The notes under the pieces are model-generated. The model saw only the letters and a program-made list of their open reading frames with translations. It did not search any database and was not told the DNA's origin. Both the position numbers and the translations under genes were made by a program. DNA of 64,000 nucleotides from the human T2T-CHM13v2.0 reference genome, Homo sapiens: NCBI RefSeq assembly GCF_009914755.1, contig NC_060925.1. One strand, 5' to 3'. This document shows, in pieces, positions 1 to 12,149 of the stretch. How positions within the stretch are numbered: the stretch's first letter is position 1; the number at the start of each line of letters is the position of its first letter.

Positions 1-248
1 GATCTGATTGTTAAGAAGAGCCTGACACCTCCTCCTCTTTCTCTTGCTCCCTCTCTTGCCATGTGGCACTCCTGCTCCCCCTCTACCTTCCACCAGGAGT
101 AAGAGCTTCCTGAAGCCTCACCAGAAGCTGAGCATATGCTGGTGCCATGCTTGTACAGCCCCCAAAACCATGAGCCAAATAAACCTCTTTCTTTATCAAT
201 TACCAGTCTCAGGTATTCCTTTATAGAAACACAAAATGGACTAATACA
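1..248 (+). mobile_element. MaLR LTR, MST family (MSTB-like), 3' part
   Basis: gaagctgagc..atgctggtgccatgcttgtacagcc..agccaaataaacctcttt..cagtctcaggtattcctttatag..ctaataca terminus. Confidence 0.85.
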
Positions 249-329
249 CCCACCCTGTACTTTGCCCATCTGACCACTATAGTCTTAATCCCCTGGTGCA
301 AGCACAGAGGCTGAAAAGGCCAAGAGAAG

Positions 330-720
330 GCATCCAATGTAGGCTTCCTGAACTATGACAAAGAAAGCTGAGCTCTGGAGCAGGAGCAGAAATTAGCCAG
401 CTTAAAGGATGTGTGTGGGGTGCATGGGACAGGGTAGGGGAGATGGGAGAGGGAGGGGAGCTTGGATGGCTATCTCAGCAGAGGGGGCAGCATGTAGAAA
501 GGTCTGCAATCAAGAGAGAGAGCTTCGTGAACTCTGAGAACTGAACATGTGAACAAAGCTGCAGAAGTGAACCCAGGATAGAGCTGAAGACCCTTGTAAA
601 CCATTCCAGGAATGCTGGCTTTAGTGTACAGGCCCTGAGGAGCCAGTGAAGGATTTTAAGGGGGCTAACCTGATCAGCTTGTAACCCTGGGTATACCCAG
701 GTAACCTGGATGTGGATAGT
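330..720 (-). mobile_element. L2 fragment
   Basis: Degenerate L2 antisense motifs (agcatgtagaaagg, ggagccagtgaaggattttaag..tgatcag). Confidence 0.55.
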
Positions 721-2781
721 TGAGGGTGGTGCTTTGTACAGAAAATGAGGTCCAAGGAATTGAGCAGATGTCAGTTCTGGGGAGGCTCAACTGTCCTTCC
801 TTTATGTGGAGGCCTGAGTGAGGTGAGGTCTGGGGACACAGCAGGAGGGAAGGAGCCTGAGAGAGGCATCTGGGAAGCAGAAAGTAAGTGGATCAGGCAG
901 TGGGTACAGCTCTGCTGGCAACGAGATCTGGTGAGCAGAGACAGGCTGTCTGCCCTGAGATGTTGGCACTCAGGTGGTCTTGATTCTGTACCAACACTTG
1001 CCAACTGTGTGCTCCTCAGGGCACAAACCATGTCCTTTTGCTTCTGTGTCCCTTGTACCCAGCTCAGTGCCTGGTCCAGAGAAGCCCAATAAACATGTGT
1101 GTTATTCGAACCCTCAGCAGTAGCAGTGATCCACTAGAACCACTTGTTTAGGGACCCTGGTGTAATGCTGTTAGGGATTGGGCTGAGCCTATGCCTCTCA
1201 GCTGCCATGCCCCCAGTGCCTAGGCACTTTCCTTTGAAGTCATTAAAAGCATGAACAATGCCTCTATGTTCCCAGTGCTAGCAGTCCATTAGCACTCTTT
1301 TCAGGAAAAGATAGCTTTGAAAGGTAAGTGATTTTCCCTATGTGCCTCCCAATAGCCTTTCATTCCAGGGAAACATTCCAGTCTGATTCATCAATTGCCT
1401 CCTTGTAGGATCATCCTCTTGCCAGGGTCAATGGAGAGCAGGACAGGAGGCTGAGCATGGGTGGAAGTCAACACAAGGAAGTCAGGGAGGGGAGATAGTG
1501 TTAGGTGACCGGCAGGGGTATGGGATTGCTTCGTCTTCAATCAGTAGTACAGAGAGAAAGGAGGAAGAAAAAGAGCACCTTGGTGGAGATGTCAGGGCTC
1601 CAAGGATGATGAAGCATCTTCTGGGGCTGAGAAGGAACTGGTCGGTACAGAAGGATCTAATGTCGAGAGTCACCAAATCTCAAACTGGCATGTGCATCTC
1701 ACTCATTTGTTCAATGCAGTTTTCATTGTTCCTGCGCTGTCCTTCATCAGCCCTGTGTGGTTTACAATAATCCTGCTTAACCTCACAGCCTCCTCCCCCT
1801 ACACCACCTAGTTCCAGCCTTCCTGGACCACCTGCTCTCTCCTGGAAGGCAATCTCTGCTGCATGCTTTTGTAAGGCATTGCACATGCAGCTCTGCCCCC
1901 AAAGCTTTTCTTTCCCTGGCTAACTTGGGCATCCTTCAGAGCTTTAGGTCTCACCTCCTCCAGAAAGCCAGTCTCCCAAGTCCTAGCTCAGTGCCAGGTG
2001 CAGAGTAATCGCTTCCATAGTGGCACAGGAAGGAAGAGATGAAGAGAAGGAAAGCGGAGGTGGATTTGTGCCCAGACAAGCCATAGGTTTTCAGGGGCCT
2101 CGGAAAGCCAGCCCAGCCTTTGCCTCTTACAAATGAAAACTGTGAAGCCCAGAGAAATGAAATCACTTCCCTATCTTATAAATCAAATGGGGATTTTCTA
2201 CAATGTTTCAGGGCCTAGAAACTCAAGAGGGAAAATAGGCTGAGGAAATTGTCAGGCTTCGCCGGATGGCGTTTGTAATTAATCAGAGGCCTTTTGTAAC
2301 AAATACCTCTTCATTCCCAACTGAGTGACGAGCCTGGTTAGCCGGACCTTCCTTCTTTGCTCCGGGTTCCTCCAGAACCACGTGACCCAGGCCAGAGAGG
2401 GGAGGTGTGGAAGATAATAAGGAACAAAGTGAAATGGGCCCAGACTTCCCAAAGCATGGACTATTACCTGGGGAGGCAAGACACATGCGTGAACCGACCG
2501 AAGAGAGCATTGCTGCGTTATGCAGGAGGGACAAAATGCCCCTCCAAGAGTGCAGGGAGCCGACAGTCTTGCTTTGGGTCTCATCTATAGTATTATGGAC
2601 CCATCCTACAATTGTGGCTAATTAAGGAGCTTAAGGATTTGTGTTTTGTAATAGCCTACCTCACTGCAAATATAATAAAGCCTAAAGAACTCGTAAAACA
2701 GGAAGCTGATTCGGTTTTACGGAATATAGATAGGCCCTTGAACTTGAAAGGTTGTAAAAACGGAACAAATCATGTATTCGA

Positions 2782-2814
2782 TGGCGCCACCTGTTGTCAA
2801 TGTGTGATATTGCA
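2782..2814 (-). promoter_or_regulatory. CTCF-binding motif with upstream (ZF9-11) module
   Basis: Minus strand reads TGCAATATC-acaca-TTGACAACAGGTGGCGCCA. Core matches TGGCCACCAGGTGGCGCCA at 16/19; upstream module sits at 5-bp spacing. Confidence 0.7.
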
Positions 2815-3159
2815 GCTTGTCCAGGAAAGGAGGAAAGAGGCCGCTCCAAGGGTGACCTCAGAAGATCCCAGCCCCGTCTTGACAATCGTGGAGACAAGAG
2901 TCCAGAGCCAGGAATGGACTGACTAATGCTGGAAAATGCCACAGAGGAAAAACAAATCACAGGTTCTGTTCCCATTGGCTTTTTTCTTTGATTTGGAGTC
3001 ATGGCCAACATCTGAGTCCCTTGAGATCTTGACCCTGGGAGTCTTTATCCACCTCTCTCCACTTAAGAATGTAGGAAGCTAAGGACAAAAAGAAGGAGCC
3101 ACAGTGTGGGATAATTACAGCATCGTATGGCTGCCTTGGCTTTCAGTAAGAGTTGTTAC

Positions 3160-3575
3160 AGCTAATGTTTATTGGGTGCTTATGTCATTTGAAGCATTGT
3201 CTTAATAAATCAACACAGCTTGATGAGGTTGGTACTCTTAGACCCAGTCCCATTTTACAGATGAGGAAATGGAAACACAGGAACGTTAAATAATTTGCAC
3301 AAGTTCTTACAGAAGTTCCTCCTTTCTTTCCTTCCTTCCTTCCTCCCTCCCTCCCTCCTTCTTCTCCCTCCCCTCCCTCCCCTCCCTTCCTCTTTCCTCC
3401 CTTCCTTCCTTCCTTTCTTCCTTCCCTTCTTCGCAACTCCCTCCCTACCTACCCCCTTCCCTCTTTCCTTCCTTCCTTTCTTCCTTCCTTCCTCCCTTCC
3501 AACCGTCATTTTTTTTTTGAGTGCTGAAGCTGGGATTTGAGCCTAGGCAGGCCAACTCTGGAGCCCATGCATTAA
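3160..3575 (-). mobile_element. MIR split by a (TTCC/CCCT)n tract
   Basis: cccattttacagatgaggaaa core at about 3249-3270; MIR resumes with gctgggatttgagcctaggcag at about 3529. Confidence 0.75.
3317..3500 (+). repeat. Polypyrimidine (TTCC/CCCT)n simple repeat
   Basis: Direct reading. Confidence 0.95.
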
Positions 3576-3711
3576 GCCGGTACACTTGACTACATCTGTT
3601 GGCACGTTCTAACTATGACTAATATCTGTTGGTCCATGTCTCTCACACTTAGCAAGTGCAGCGATACAGGAAAAAGTAAAAATCTTGCTGATGCTTTCTA
3701 ACCTCGGTTCA

Positions 3712-3905
3712 TCTATCCATGCCTCCATCCATGCCCTTATCCACCCAACAATCCTTTCTCTAATCCTTCTGTCAACCCACCCACCCACCTACCATTACTC
3801 ATATGCCCACTCACCCATCCATCCATCCATTCATCCAATGATTCCCATATCCATCCATACAATCATTCTCACATCCATCCACCCATCCATTCATCCACCC
3901 ACCCA
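3712..3905 (+). repeat. Degenerate (CCAT/CCAC)n simple repeat
   Basis: Direct reading. Confidence 0.85.
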
Positions 3906-3929
3906 GTAATTCTCATAACCAACTTCCTT

Positions 3930-4515
3930 CCTTGCATTTATCCAACAGTCACTTTCTTAAGCACCTACCACCTGCCAGACACAGTCAATAAAGAGATGAA
4001 TCAGCTGTGTTCCCTACCCTTATGTTGGTCACATTCCCACAGATCCATAAAACAATGTTATAGGTGCTGGCCTGTGATCGGAAAGGTGAGTTACGCCTGA
4101 CTCTGAGGGAGGCGAAAGAAAGGCTTCCCAACAGATGTGACTATCAACCTTGGCCTTAATGTATGAATGGGAATTGTTGGTTGGAGAAGGGGAGATGGCT
4201 ATCAGACAGGAAGAACAGCACCAGCAAAGGCAGAGACGCAACAAAACCCCTAGTGTTGGAGGGACATAGAATGATCCAGAGCATGAGGTGAGTGAGAGCA
4301 GGGGAAGGAGGGACAAAACCAGAGGGGGCTTAGGATGCAGCCAAAGGGGCATACTAAAGAGCTTGGACCTTCAACAATAGGGAGTGCTATGAAAACAGAG
4401 AGCAGAGGAGTTGAGGTACAGACATGGTGAGAACCGTGCAGGAGAAAGGTCTCTCCAACGGCAGCAGGGTGGATGAACTGGGGAGGCTGGGTCTGGAAGC
4501 AGGGACTAGTTAGAA
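3930..4515 (-). mobile_element. L2 3' fragment
   Basis: agcacctaccacctgccagacac, gaaaggcttccc, agggactagttagaag L2 antisense motifs. Confidence 0.6.
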
Positions 4516-4519
4516 GAGA

Positions 4520-4730
4520 TCATCTGGGTTCAAATGCCAGCTTCACCTCTTATTGACTCTATGCCCTTAGGCCAGGGCTTGCATTTCTAAGTGTCTCATT
4601 ATTCTTGTTTATTCCATGGTCTAAACACAGAAATGACCTACAAGATTCTGGAAAGAATTCAATGAATAGTACAAGCAAAGTATAGCACTTGGCACATAGT
4701 AAGCTCTCAATAAATGGCATCAATTGGCAG
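4520..4730 (+). mobile_element. MIR
   Basis: ctgggttcaaatgccagct ... tagcacttggcacatagtaagctctcaataaatg. Confidence 0.75.
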
Positions 4731-4822
4731 TAGTTGTTGTTATTATTATTACTATTTCTACTGCTATGATATCGAGGAAGAGATCAGGAGGCTTGTTCAG
4801 GGCCAGAGCGGCATTTTCCACC

Positions 4823-5125
4823 CTGTGATTCCCAGAGCTCTTGCTCACACGATGTTAATAGATATTAATGGAAAGAGGGTTCTGAGGCCAAACAAGTGTG
4901 GACTTCAACAAAATAAAACTGGAAAATGAACATAGACAAGCCAAACACAAAAAACTGCAGGACTTCTCATAACCTTTCATAGGCTCACGTGAACTATAAA
5001 CTTCTAAGTGGAGAACAGCTGAGTTTGTAGCACTTCTTGAATATATTTAGCCATGAAACTCTCTTGCAAGAAATGTTTATTACAAACCTGCAAAACAAAT
5101 GGTCAGTGAGACCCAGTTTGGGGAG
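4823..5125. mobile_element. hAT-Charlie DNA transposon relic (MER103C-like)
   Basis: gatgttaatag..gggttctgaggccaaacaag..actgcaggacttctca..cctttcatagg resembles the recalled MER103C consensus. Confidence 0.55.
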
Positions 5126-5771
5126 CAATGGTCCTCCTGGGTCCATCCCTTTTCTCTGGTCCCATAATGCTGAGGCCCCTTCCCCAGCCCACAGCTCGAG
5201 ATTCCCACGCACACCTGCTGACATCTTCTACCGGGAAGATGTGATGGAACTTGAGAGTCCAGGTGGGGCTGAGGTTCATTAAGGATGGAGCATTGGACTT
5301 AATTCCAAGTGGCTGACTCCATATCAATTTGGGTCACTGGTGTTAAGATGTCACTTTCGGTTGCATTTAATTTAAACAAACAATAAAAAGCTCTGTCCTG
5401 ACTGCGATGGAGGCTGGTGGAGGTTTAATTCCCAGCACAGAGAGGCAGAATGCAGGATAGGAAAGCCGGAGGACTGCAGGAGTGGGTTGATGAGAGAGGG
5501 AGAGAGGAGGATAGAGAGGGAGAGAAATGTGGACCCCTGGGGCAGGGCCTGCCTGGGGAAGTCCACGCTAGATCCCTGTCCCCAGAATCCAGTATCCTCT
5601 ACCCTGGCCACCTTGGGTAATTATTTTCATTTCTCTGAGACTCAGTTTCCTTATCTGTAAACCAGACATAAATGAAATTGCCACAGAGGACTTACAGGAG
5701 GATTAAATGAGATAAGAGAGGTGGAACGCACTGGATTCATGAGTTTTTATATACAAATACTGGCTTCCAAG

Positions 5772-6442
5772 ATGTGTGTCTGTGTATATGTGTGTGGACA
5801 CGTGTGTGTGTTCCTGTGTGTGTGGACATGTGTGTGTGTTCCTGTATGTGTGTGCGGACACGTGTGCGTGTGTTCCTGTATGTGAGCGTTCCTGTATGTG
5901 TGTGTGGACATCTGTGTGTGTTCCTGTATGTGTGTGTGGACACGTGTGTGTGTGTTCCTATATATGTGTGTGGACACGTGTTGTGTGTTCCTGTATGTGT
6001 GTGGACACGTGTTGTATGTTCCTGTATGTGTGTGTGGACACGTGTGTGTGCGTGCCTGTGTGTGAGGACACGTGTCTGTGTGTGTGTGCCTGGGTGTGTG
6101 TGTGTGCGCCCCTGTGTGTGTGTGGGCATTTGTGTGTGTGTTCCTGTATGTGCATGTGGACATGTGTGTGTGTACACATGTGTGTGCCTGTGTGTGTGGA
6201 CATTTGTGTGTGTGTGCCTGTGTGTGGGCATTTGTGGGCATGTGTGTGTGCCTGTGTGTATGTGTGTATGCTTGTGTGTGCCTGTGTTTGTGTGTGTACA
6301 CTTCTGCTTGTGCCTGTGTTGGTGTGTGGACACTTATGTGTGTGGCTGTATGTGTGTACACTTGTGTGTGTCTGTGTACACTTGTGTGTGTGTGTGTACA
6401 CTTGTATGTGTGTGCCTGTGTGTATGTGTGGTGTACTGTGTC
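5772..6442 (+). repeat. TG-rich minisatellite (about 30-nt unit gtgtgtggacacgtgtgtgtgttcctgtat, degenerating 3')
   Basis: Direct reading. Explains the HT/CV-repeat ORFs in all frames. Confidence 0.95.
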
Positions 6443-6469
6443 TAGGTAAGGTGTTTGGGAACTCTGGTT

Positions 6470-6680
6470 CTTGAGCTCTTCCTAGGTTGGAATCTGGTCC
6501 TATTCATAGCTGTATTGTACTGAGAAAGTTGCTTAACTTCTCTGTGCCTCAGCTTTCCCAACTGTAAGACAGGACTAATGATGGGACCCACCTCATACAT
6601 TATTGTGTGGTGTCAATGAATTTATATACATTAAATACTTTCACAGCACCCGGCACAAAGAGGCACTTTCATAAGTGCTT
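6470..6680 (+). mobile_element. MIR
   Basis: gcttaacttctctgtgcctcagctttcccaactgtaa ... cacagcacccggcaca. Confidence 0.75.
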
Positions 6681-7516
6681 CAGACTCTTATTATTGAACC
6701 TCACTGGGTGTCCTGCTGCAAACCAGCAGAGCCCATTCCCTTGGGAGCCAGGTTGGGGGAGGCAGTCATGTGCTGCGTCCCTCCCCTTTCCTGGCAGGGA
6801 GGGTGGGGACTAGAGGTCACAGAGGGGCCCTTTGACCTCTGGGGCTATTCCCTGGGGTCCGCGGAGTAGAAGTTTGCTTTGTGCTGTAGTGCACTCTGTT
6901 GGGAGAGCCTAACTCAGCACCATGAACAGAGGGAGGCTGGGGGCAAACAGCCACACCTCCGCCAAGGACTCCAGCTCAGCCAGTGTCCGAGGAAGAGGCC
7001 TGTCCTGCCGTGACTCATGGGTCTGAGTGCCAGGACTGCAAAGTGGAGGCCCTGCCGATCCATTAGGAGACAGGAGCCAAGGGATGTTAAGCAAATTAAA
7101 AGCCCCAGGGCTGTCCCGCGTGACCTTTTCCTTTGGCTAAGGCACCCCACCCTGTGCCCTCTGCTAACTGTGCTTCTCAGTGCTCCAGAGATGTCTTTCT
7201 CTGGGACAAAGGAAAGGCTTTAAAGCTATATCTTATGAAACAGGAGCTGGAGGAGTGGGCTTCCCTGGAGGGGCCTGTGAAGGCAGCCGTATTAACCACT
7301 ATGGTTACCATATGGCCATAGACATGCACATCACAGCCAGGCCCCTTTGGGCAAAACCAAACTGCGCACCTGAGCAGACACCTCCTCTCTGATGGGCCCA
7401 GTCAGAATATGTGATCCTGGCGCTCCAAGGAGGTTCACTGCCACAGGACGCCTACCAAGTGCCAGACTTGTGCAAGGAGCTGAGGAACAGAGTGGATAAG
7501 ACTGAATGACCTACCC

Positions 7517-7610
7517 TCATTCATTCATTCATTCATTCATTCATTCACGCATTCATCCAACTGGTATTTATTGAGGATCCACTATGTGTCAGGCACTGGC
7601 TAGGCATAAT
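7517..7610 (-). mobile_element. (TTCA)n plus L2 3' end
   Basis: (tcat)7 followed by tatttattgagg..actatgtgtcaggcact. Confidence 0.7.
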
Positions 7611-8412
7611 AATAATTATAATACAGGGTGATGTTAAAGAGAGTTGAGGTGATTCAGAAGTCTTGGGGCTGAAGGAGATCTCCAACACACCAGCCCCAAT
7701 CCTTGGTCCTAGGAAGCAACCCTCCCTTGGCTGTTAGGCCTGCTTTCCTCCTCACTAGCATATCCTCAGATGCCATTCTCTAGCTCCTTCTGCTGGCTCT
7801 CTTTTCTAGCTGGTGTGAACCATGGCTGGGAAGAAACATCACTAAGGGGCCCTGGAATCCCACCTGCTCCCTGGCCCTCATCTCCAAGGGCTGGGCTGCA
7901 GGGAGCGCAGCCAGGAAGCCCCACCAATTCAGGGTTCACCTGAGGAACTGATGCTGTCCACCTGCCTAGCTGCACGCCGATTTGCAGCTGGGGCCAGAGA
8001 GTAGGAATGCCCACACAGCGATGCTTGGCATTTCCCTGCACAACTCAGACCAGCACAAGGAACCGCATGAACCTGATGCTGTTCCCCAGCCAGGGAGCCC
8101 CTTCCACAGAGGATTTAGAACCTGGGATGGACTTTTGGGTTTGTTGACTTTTTCTTGGGTCAGAGTGGGGAGGGAGGGCCAGGGAGGAGGCAGTAAGGGA
8201 CTGTGCCCTGCAGCCTGAGAAGAAGGTGAGGGGGAGAGGTGACCTCAAGCTGACCCTCAGCAGCCTGGAGAAGGGGAGACCTGGGTGGATGCGAGTGAGA
8301 GGGAGCAAAGAACAGCAGCCAAAGGGAGAAGAAAGGACCTAAGACTCCAGTGTTCATCAAGTGTTCAAGCCATATGCAGTCCAATCAACCTGGAACCAAT
8401 TAGTCTGATTCA

Positions 8413-8413
<1 letters not shown>

Positions 8414-8461
<48 letters not shown>
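8414..8461 (+). repeat. Pure A48 homopolymer
   Basis: Direct reading. Confidence 0.98.
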
Positions 8462-8466
<5 letters not shown>

Positions 8467-9114
8467 CTTAGGGACAAACTGTAATCAAACACCTATTTAT
8501 AAGGGTTTATTATGATCATTATTATTATTTTACTGAGAGGATCATTCTAAAGCCTGTCAGGTGAACGTATGCTTTCAGATCTTCATAAATGCAAATCGCT
8601 CCTTCTGGGGTGGGTGAGCAAGCTGAGCCGCAGAGCTGCCTTGGGAGGCGATGGGGTGAGGTTCCAGAGGGCAGGAGGAGGGAGCAGTTCACTTTCATGG
8701 ACATCTCTGCACAAAGCTCACCCAGAGGCAGCCCAGCAACCACCCATTGCCCACCCCACTCCCTACACTCCTCTCAGAGGGCTGCTGGAGATGGAACTGG
8801 CTATAGACCCATTGCCCATGTAGGTAAACGATGCAACAGCCTGACTCAGCAACCTGCCAGAGCTAGGGAAGCTGGAGATTCTCCATAGAAGGCCTGGGTA
8901 AAGGGACCCACCTGAGTTCTGAGCAGGTTTTGCCCCTGGTCGTGCTGGTTTTTCTGGGCTTTGCCAATCTTCTGGGTCCCTACCAATGGTGAAATTCTAT
9001 CTCCTGAACTTCCTCATCTAACCACATCCCCAGTCCACTCCAAGGGCTAGAGTACCCCTCCCCTTCATCCTCGCAGGAGGCCTCAAAGTCCACCGCCAGG
9101 GCTGAGGCTCAATG

Positions 9115-9139
9115 GTGTGTGTGTGTGTGTGTGTGTGTG
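9115..9139 (+). repeat. (GT)12 microsatellite upstream of the promoter
   Basis: Direct reading. Confidence 0.95.
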
Positions 9140-9779
9140 CTCGCGTGTGTGTTGGTGGGAGAGTAATGGTAACATACAAGTCCCAAACCTGTTCTTCTCG
9201 GACCTGGGAAGAAAAGCTGTCAGGTCTGGCAAAAAGGTGGAAACTTGGTCTCTGCCAGGAGGAAACAATCAGTTCCTCACCCTTCCTGGCTGGATCCTAG
9301 CACATGGGAAAAAGACAGAACACACCCCATTTCCGTGGGTCCCTGGGGGAAGGAGCAGCCGTAATTGGGGAAGTTTCAGAACATGGAAACCCCTTAATCT
9401 TGCCCAATGAGGGCATTCATCGTTGGCAAGGCCAGAACTCCAGAGCCACACCCTGCCTGCCCTGCTCCCAGGATGGCATCTTTCCCTCTCGGGAGGGAGG
9501 CTGCCTCCTTTCATCAGGCTGAGTAGCGGGGAGGGCGATGGTAATCCCGGGGATAGGAGGGGCTAGGTAAAGGCGGATCCGATGGAGCATAGCTTCCAGG
9601 GCGGGGTGTTGGGTCACCTGGGTAAGGGTTAAGAAGCTGGAGGCAGCAAGCCAGTTTTGAGTGAGGGGGGACCTGAGTGAGGGGAGAGGGGAGGTTAGGA
9701 GGGGGTGAGCTCTCCTTCTCCCTGCAATAAATCGGCTTAGCGGACGAGAGCCGAACAGCCCAGAAAGGATTAAAGAAAA

Positions 9780-10500
<721 letters not shown>

Positions 10501-10512
10501 GATTTGTGCCAG

Positions 10513-11103
10513 GGTGTGTGTGTGTGTGTAAATTGTGTGTCTTTGTTGTGTGTCTGGGTGAGGGTGTCCGGGAAGGAGCTGTGTGGGCAGAAGGTGCGGG
10601 AGTGTATTTAGAGATGCAAGTGTGTGTGTGCGTGTGTGTGTGATGGTGTGGGGTCTGCGTGTGAGTGAGCGAGGGTCTGGATGGGTGTTAGAGTGTCTGT
10701 GTCAGTTACATGGAGAAGGTATGTGTGTGAGAGTGTGAGCGAATGTTGGGGGGAGGGTGTGAACATGTGCCACCTTCCCTGTGAGGGTGTGAAGTGTGTG
10801 AGCTTGTGTCACTGTGGGTGTGAGGTGTTAGGGGGTGGGTATGTGAGGTTTGGCGTTTCACGTGTGTCCCGAGTGTGCAGGTCTCTAGGGGTGTACGACA
10901 GCGGATTACTATTTCTGTGTGCACAGGAGATGGGACTGTGACACTGGACAAGAGTCTGCTTATGTGGGATGGGTGGGGGTGCAGGTGCCTGGGAGTCGTG
11001 GGCTTCATGGGGCTGGGAGTGTGTGTATGCGTGCCATGGAGCGTGTGGTTATCGTGTGCAGGGAGGTATGGACGCTTCCGGGGCTGGGGAGTTGTGAGCA
11101 GCT

Positions 11104-11147
<44 letters not shown>
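10513..11147 (+). repeat. GT-rich low-complexity tract ending in pure (GT)21 at 11106-11147
   Basis: Direct reading. Confidence 0.9.
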
Positions 11148-11150
<3 letters not shown>

Positions 11151-11199
11151 GCCGTGTGGACTTGCTCCCGGGTTAGGCTAAGACAGCTAGAAGGAGGTT

Positions 11200-11540
11200 G
11201 AAGCCGAGCGGGTTCTCCGGAGCCAGTGAGAGGTGGCTCCGCAGCCCCAGGGTCCGCGGCCGGCCTCCCACCCAGTGCCGCCGCGTAGTGGGTCTTAAAT
11301 GGAGCTGAACCCTTTCGCGCAGTGAGCAGAGAGCCAACGTGAGGCTAAAAGCCAGGAGGGAGGGAGGCGGGACCAGCGAAGAGCCACAGGCACCGAGACT
11401 ACAGGCTCCGCGTCCGGGATCCTCCTCGGAGCCTGGTGCCAACCTCAGCCTGGCTGGAGTCAGAGCCTGGCTCCGCCTCGGAGGGGAGCGGGACGCGAGG
11501 TGCCAAAAAGTCGTCTTTATGATCAATAAGGTCTCGACCC
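11200..11540. promoter_or_regulatory. Small intronic CpG-rich segment
   Basis: Clustered CpGs (ccgcggcggcc, ttcgcgc, gctccgcgtccgg) in non-repetitive sequence. Confidence 0.6.
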
Positions 11541-12149
11541 CGAGCCCCACTGGATGATAGAGGTGGGCATCACCTCTGTCCTATGCCATAGCCTTGTCCC
11601 AGCAGGAGGTGCCTACCTAGGCTCTGAGAGTGCCTGCCAGGAAGGGGTGCCCCCTTAAAAATAACCCCAACTCCTTCTACCCCGAAGTCCTTGGGGAGTG
11701 CTGGGTCTGCTGATGGGAGAAGCTGCAGAATTTGAGCCCGGAAGGTGGTCCTGACAGCGAGGGGGGAGGGGTTGGTGTAACCCAGAAGGAATGCAAACCC
11801 TGTACTTTGTTCCCCTACCCTTGGAACAAGAGACTTTCCTAAGTGGATCAAAATGTCCCCCCTCAACTTTGGGAGGAGGGCTCTAGAGGGAAAGGTTACA
11901 TGGGGGAGGTCCTCGTTCCAGCGCCGCCGAGAGGGCACTGGGGTTTGTTGAAAGGCACTGGAGCCCTCACCTGGACATTGCAGGGGGCGGGGGTTGGAGG
12001 CTGGGGACCTAAGGTAAGCACCCCTTTCCCTGGGAATGCGCAGAACAGAGAGACGCGGCAGGGTGAAGGAGAGGACTGATGAGAAGGGCTTGTTGGGAAA
12101 CCCTGGCTCCGTCAGGACCCCACCCTGCGAGCTCTCCCTGGAACCCGGG

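Noticed and set aside
5737-6474. 125-232 aa ORFs in all six frames (HT- or CV-rich)
   Set aside because: Translation of the TG minisatellite, which rarely contains stop codons.
8285-8515. Poly-lysine ORF or processed pseudogene tail
   Set aside because: The Lys run is the A48 tract; no mRNA-like body, poly(A) signal or TSD.
11984-12013. 30-nt stop-containing exon ending at the strong donor AAG|GTAAGC
   Set aside because: The upstream acceptor lacks a pyrimidine tract; a strong donor alone is common by chance.
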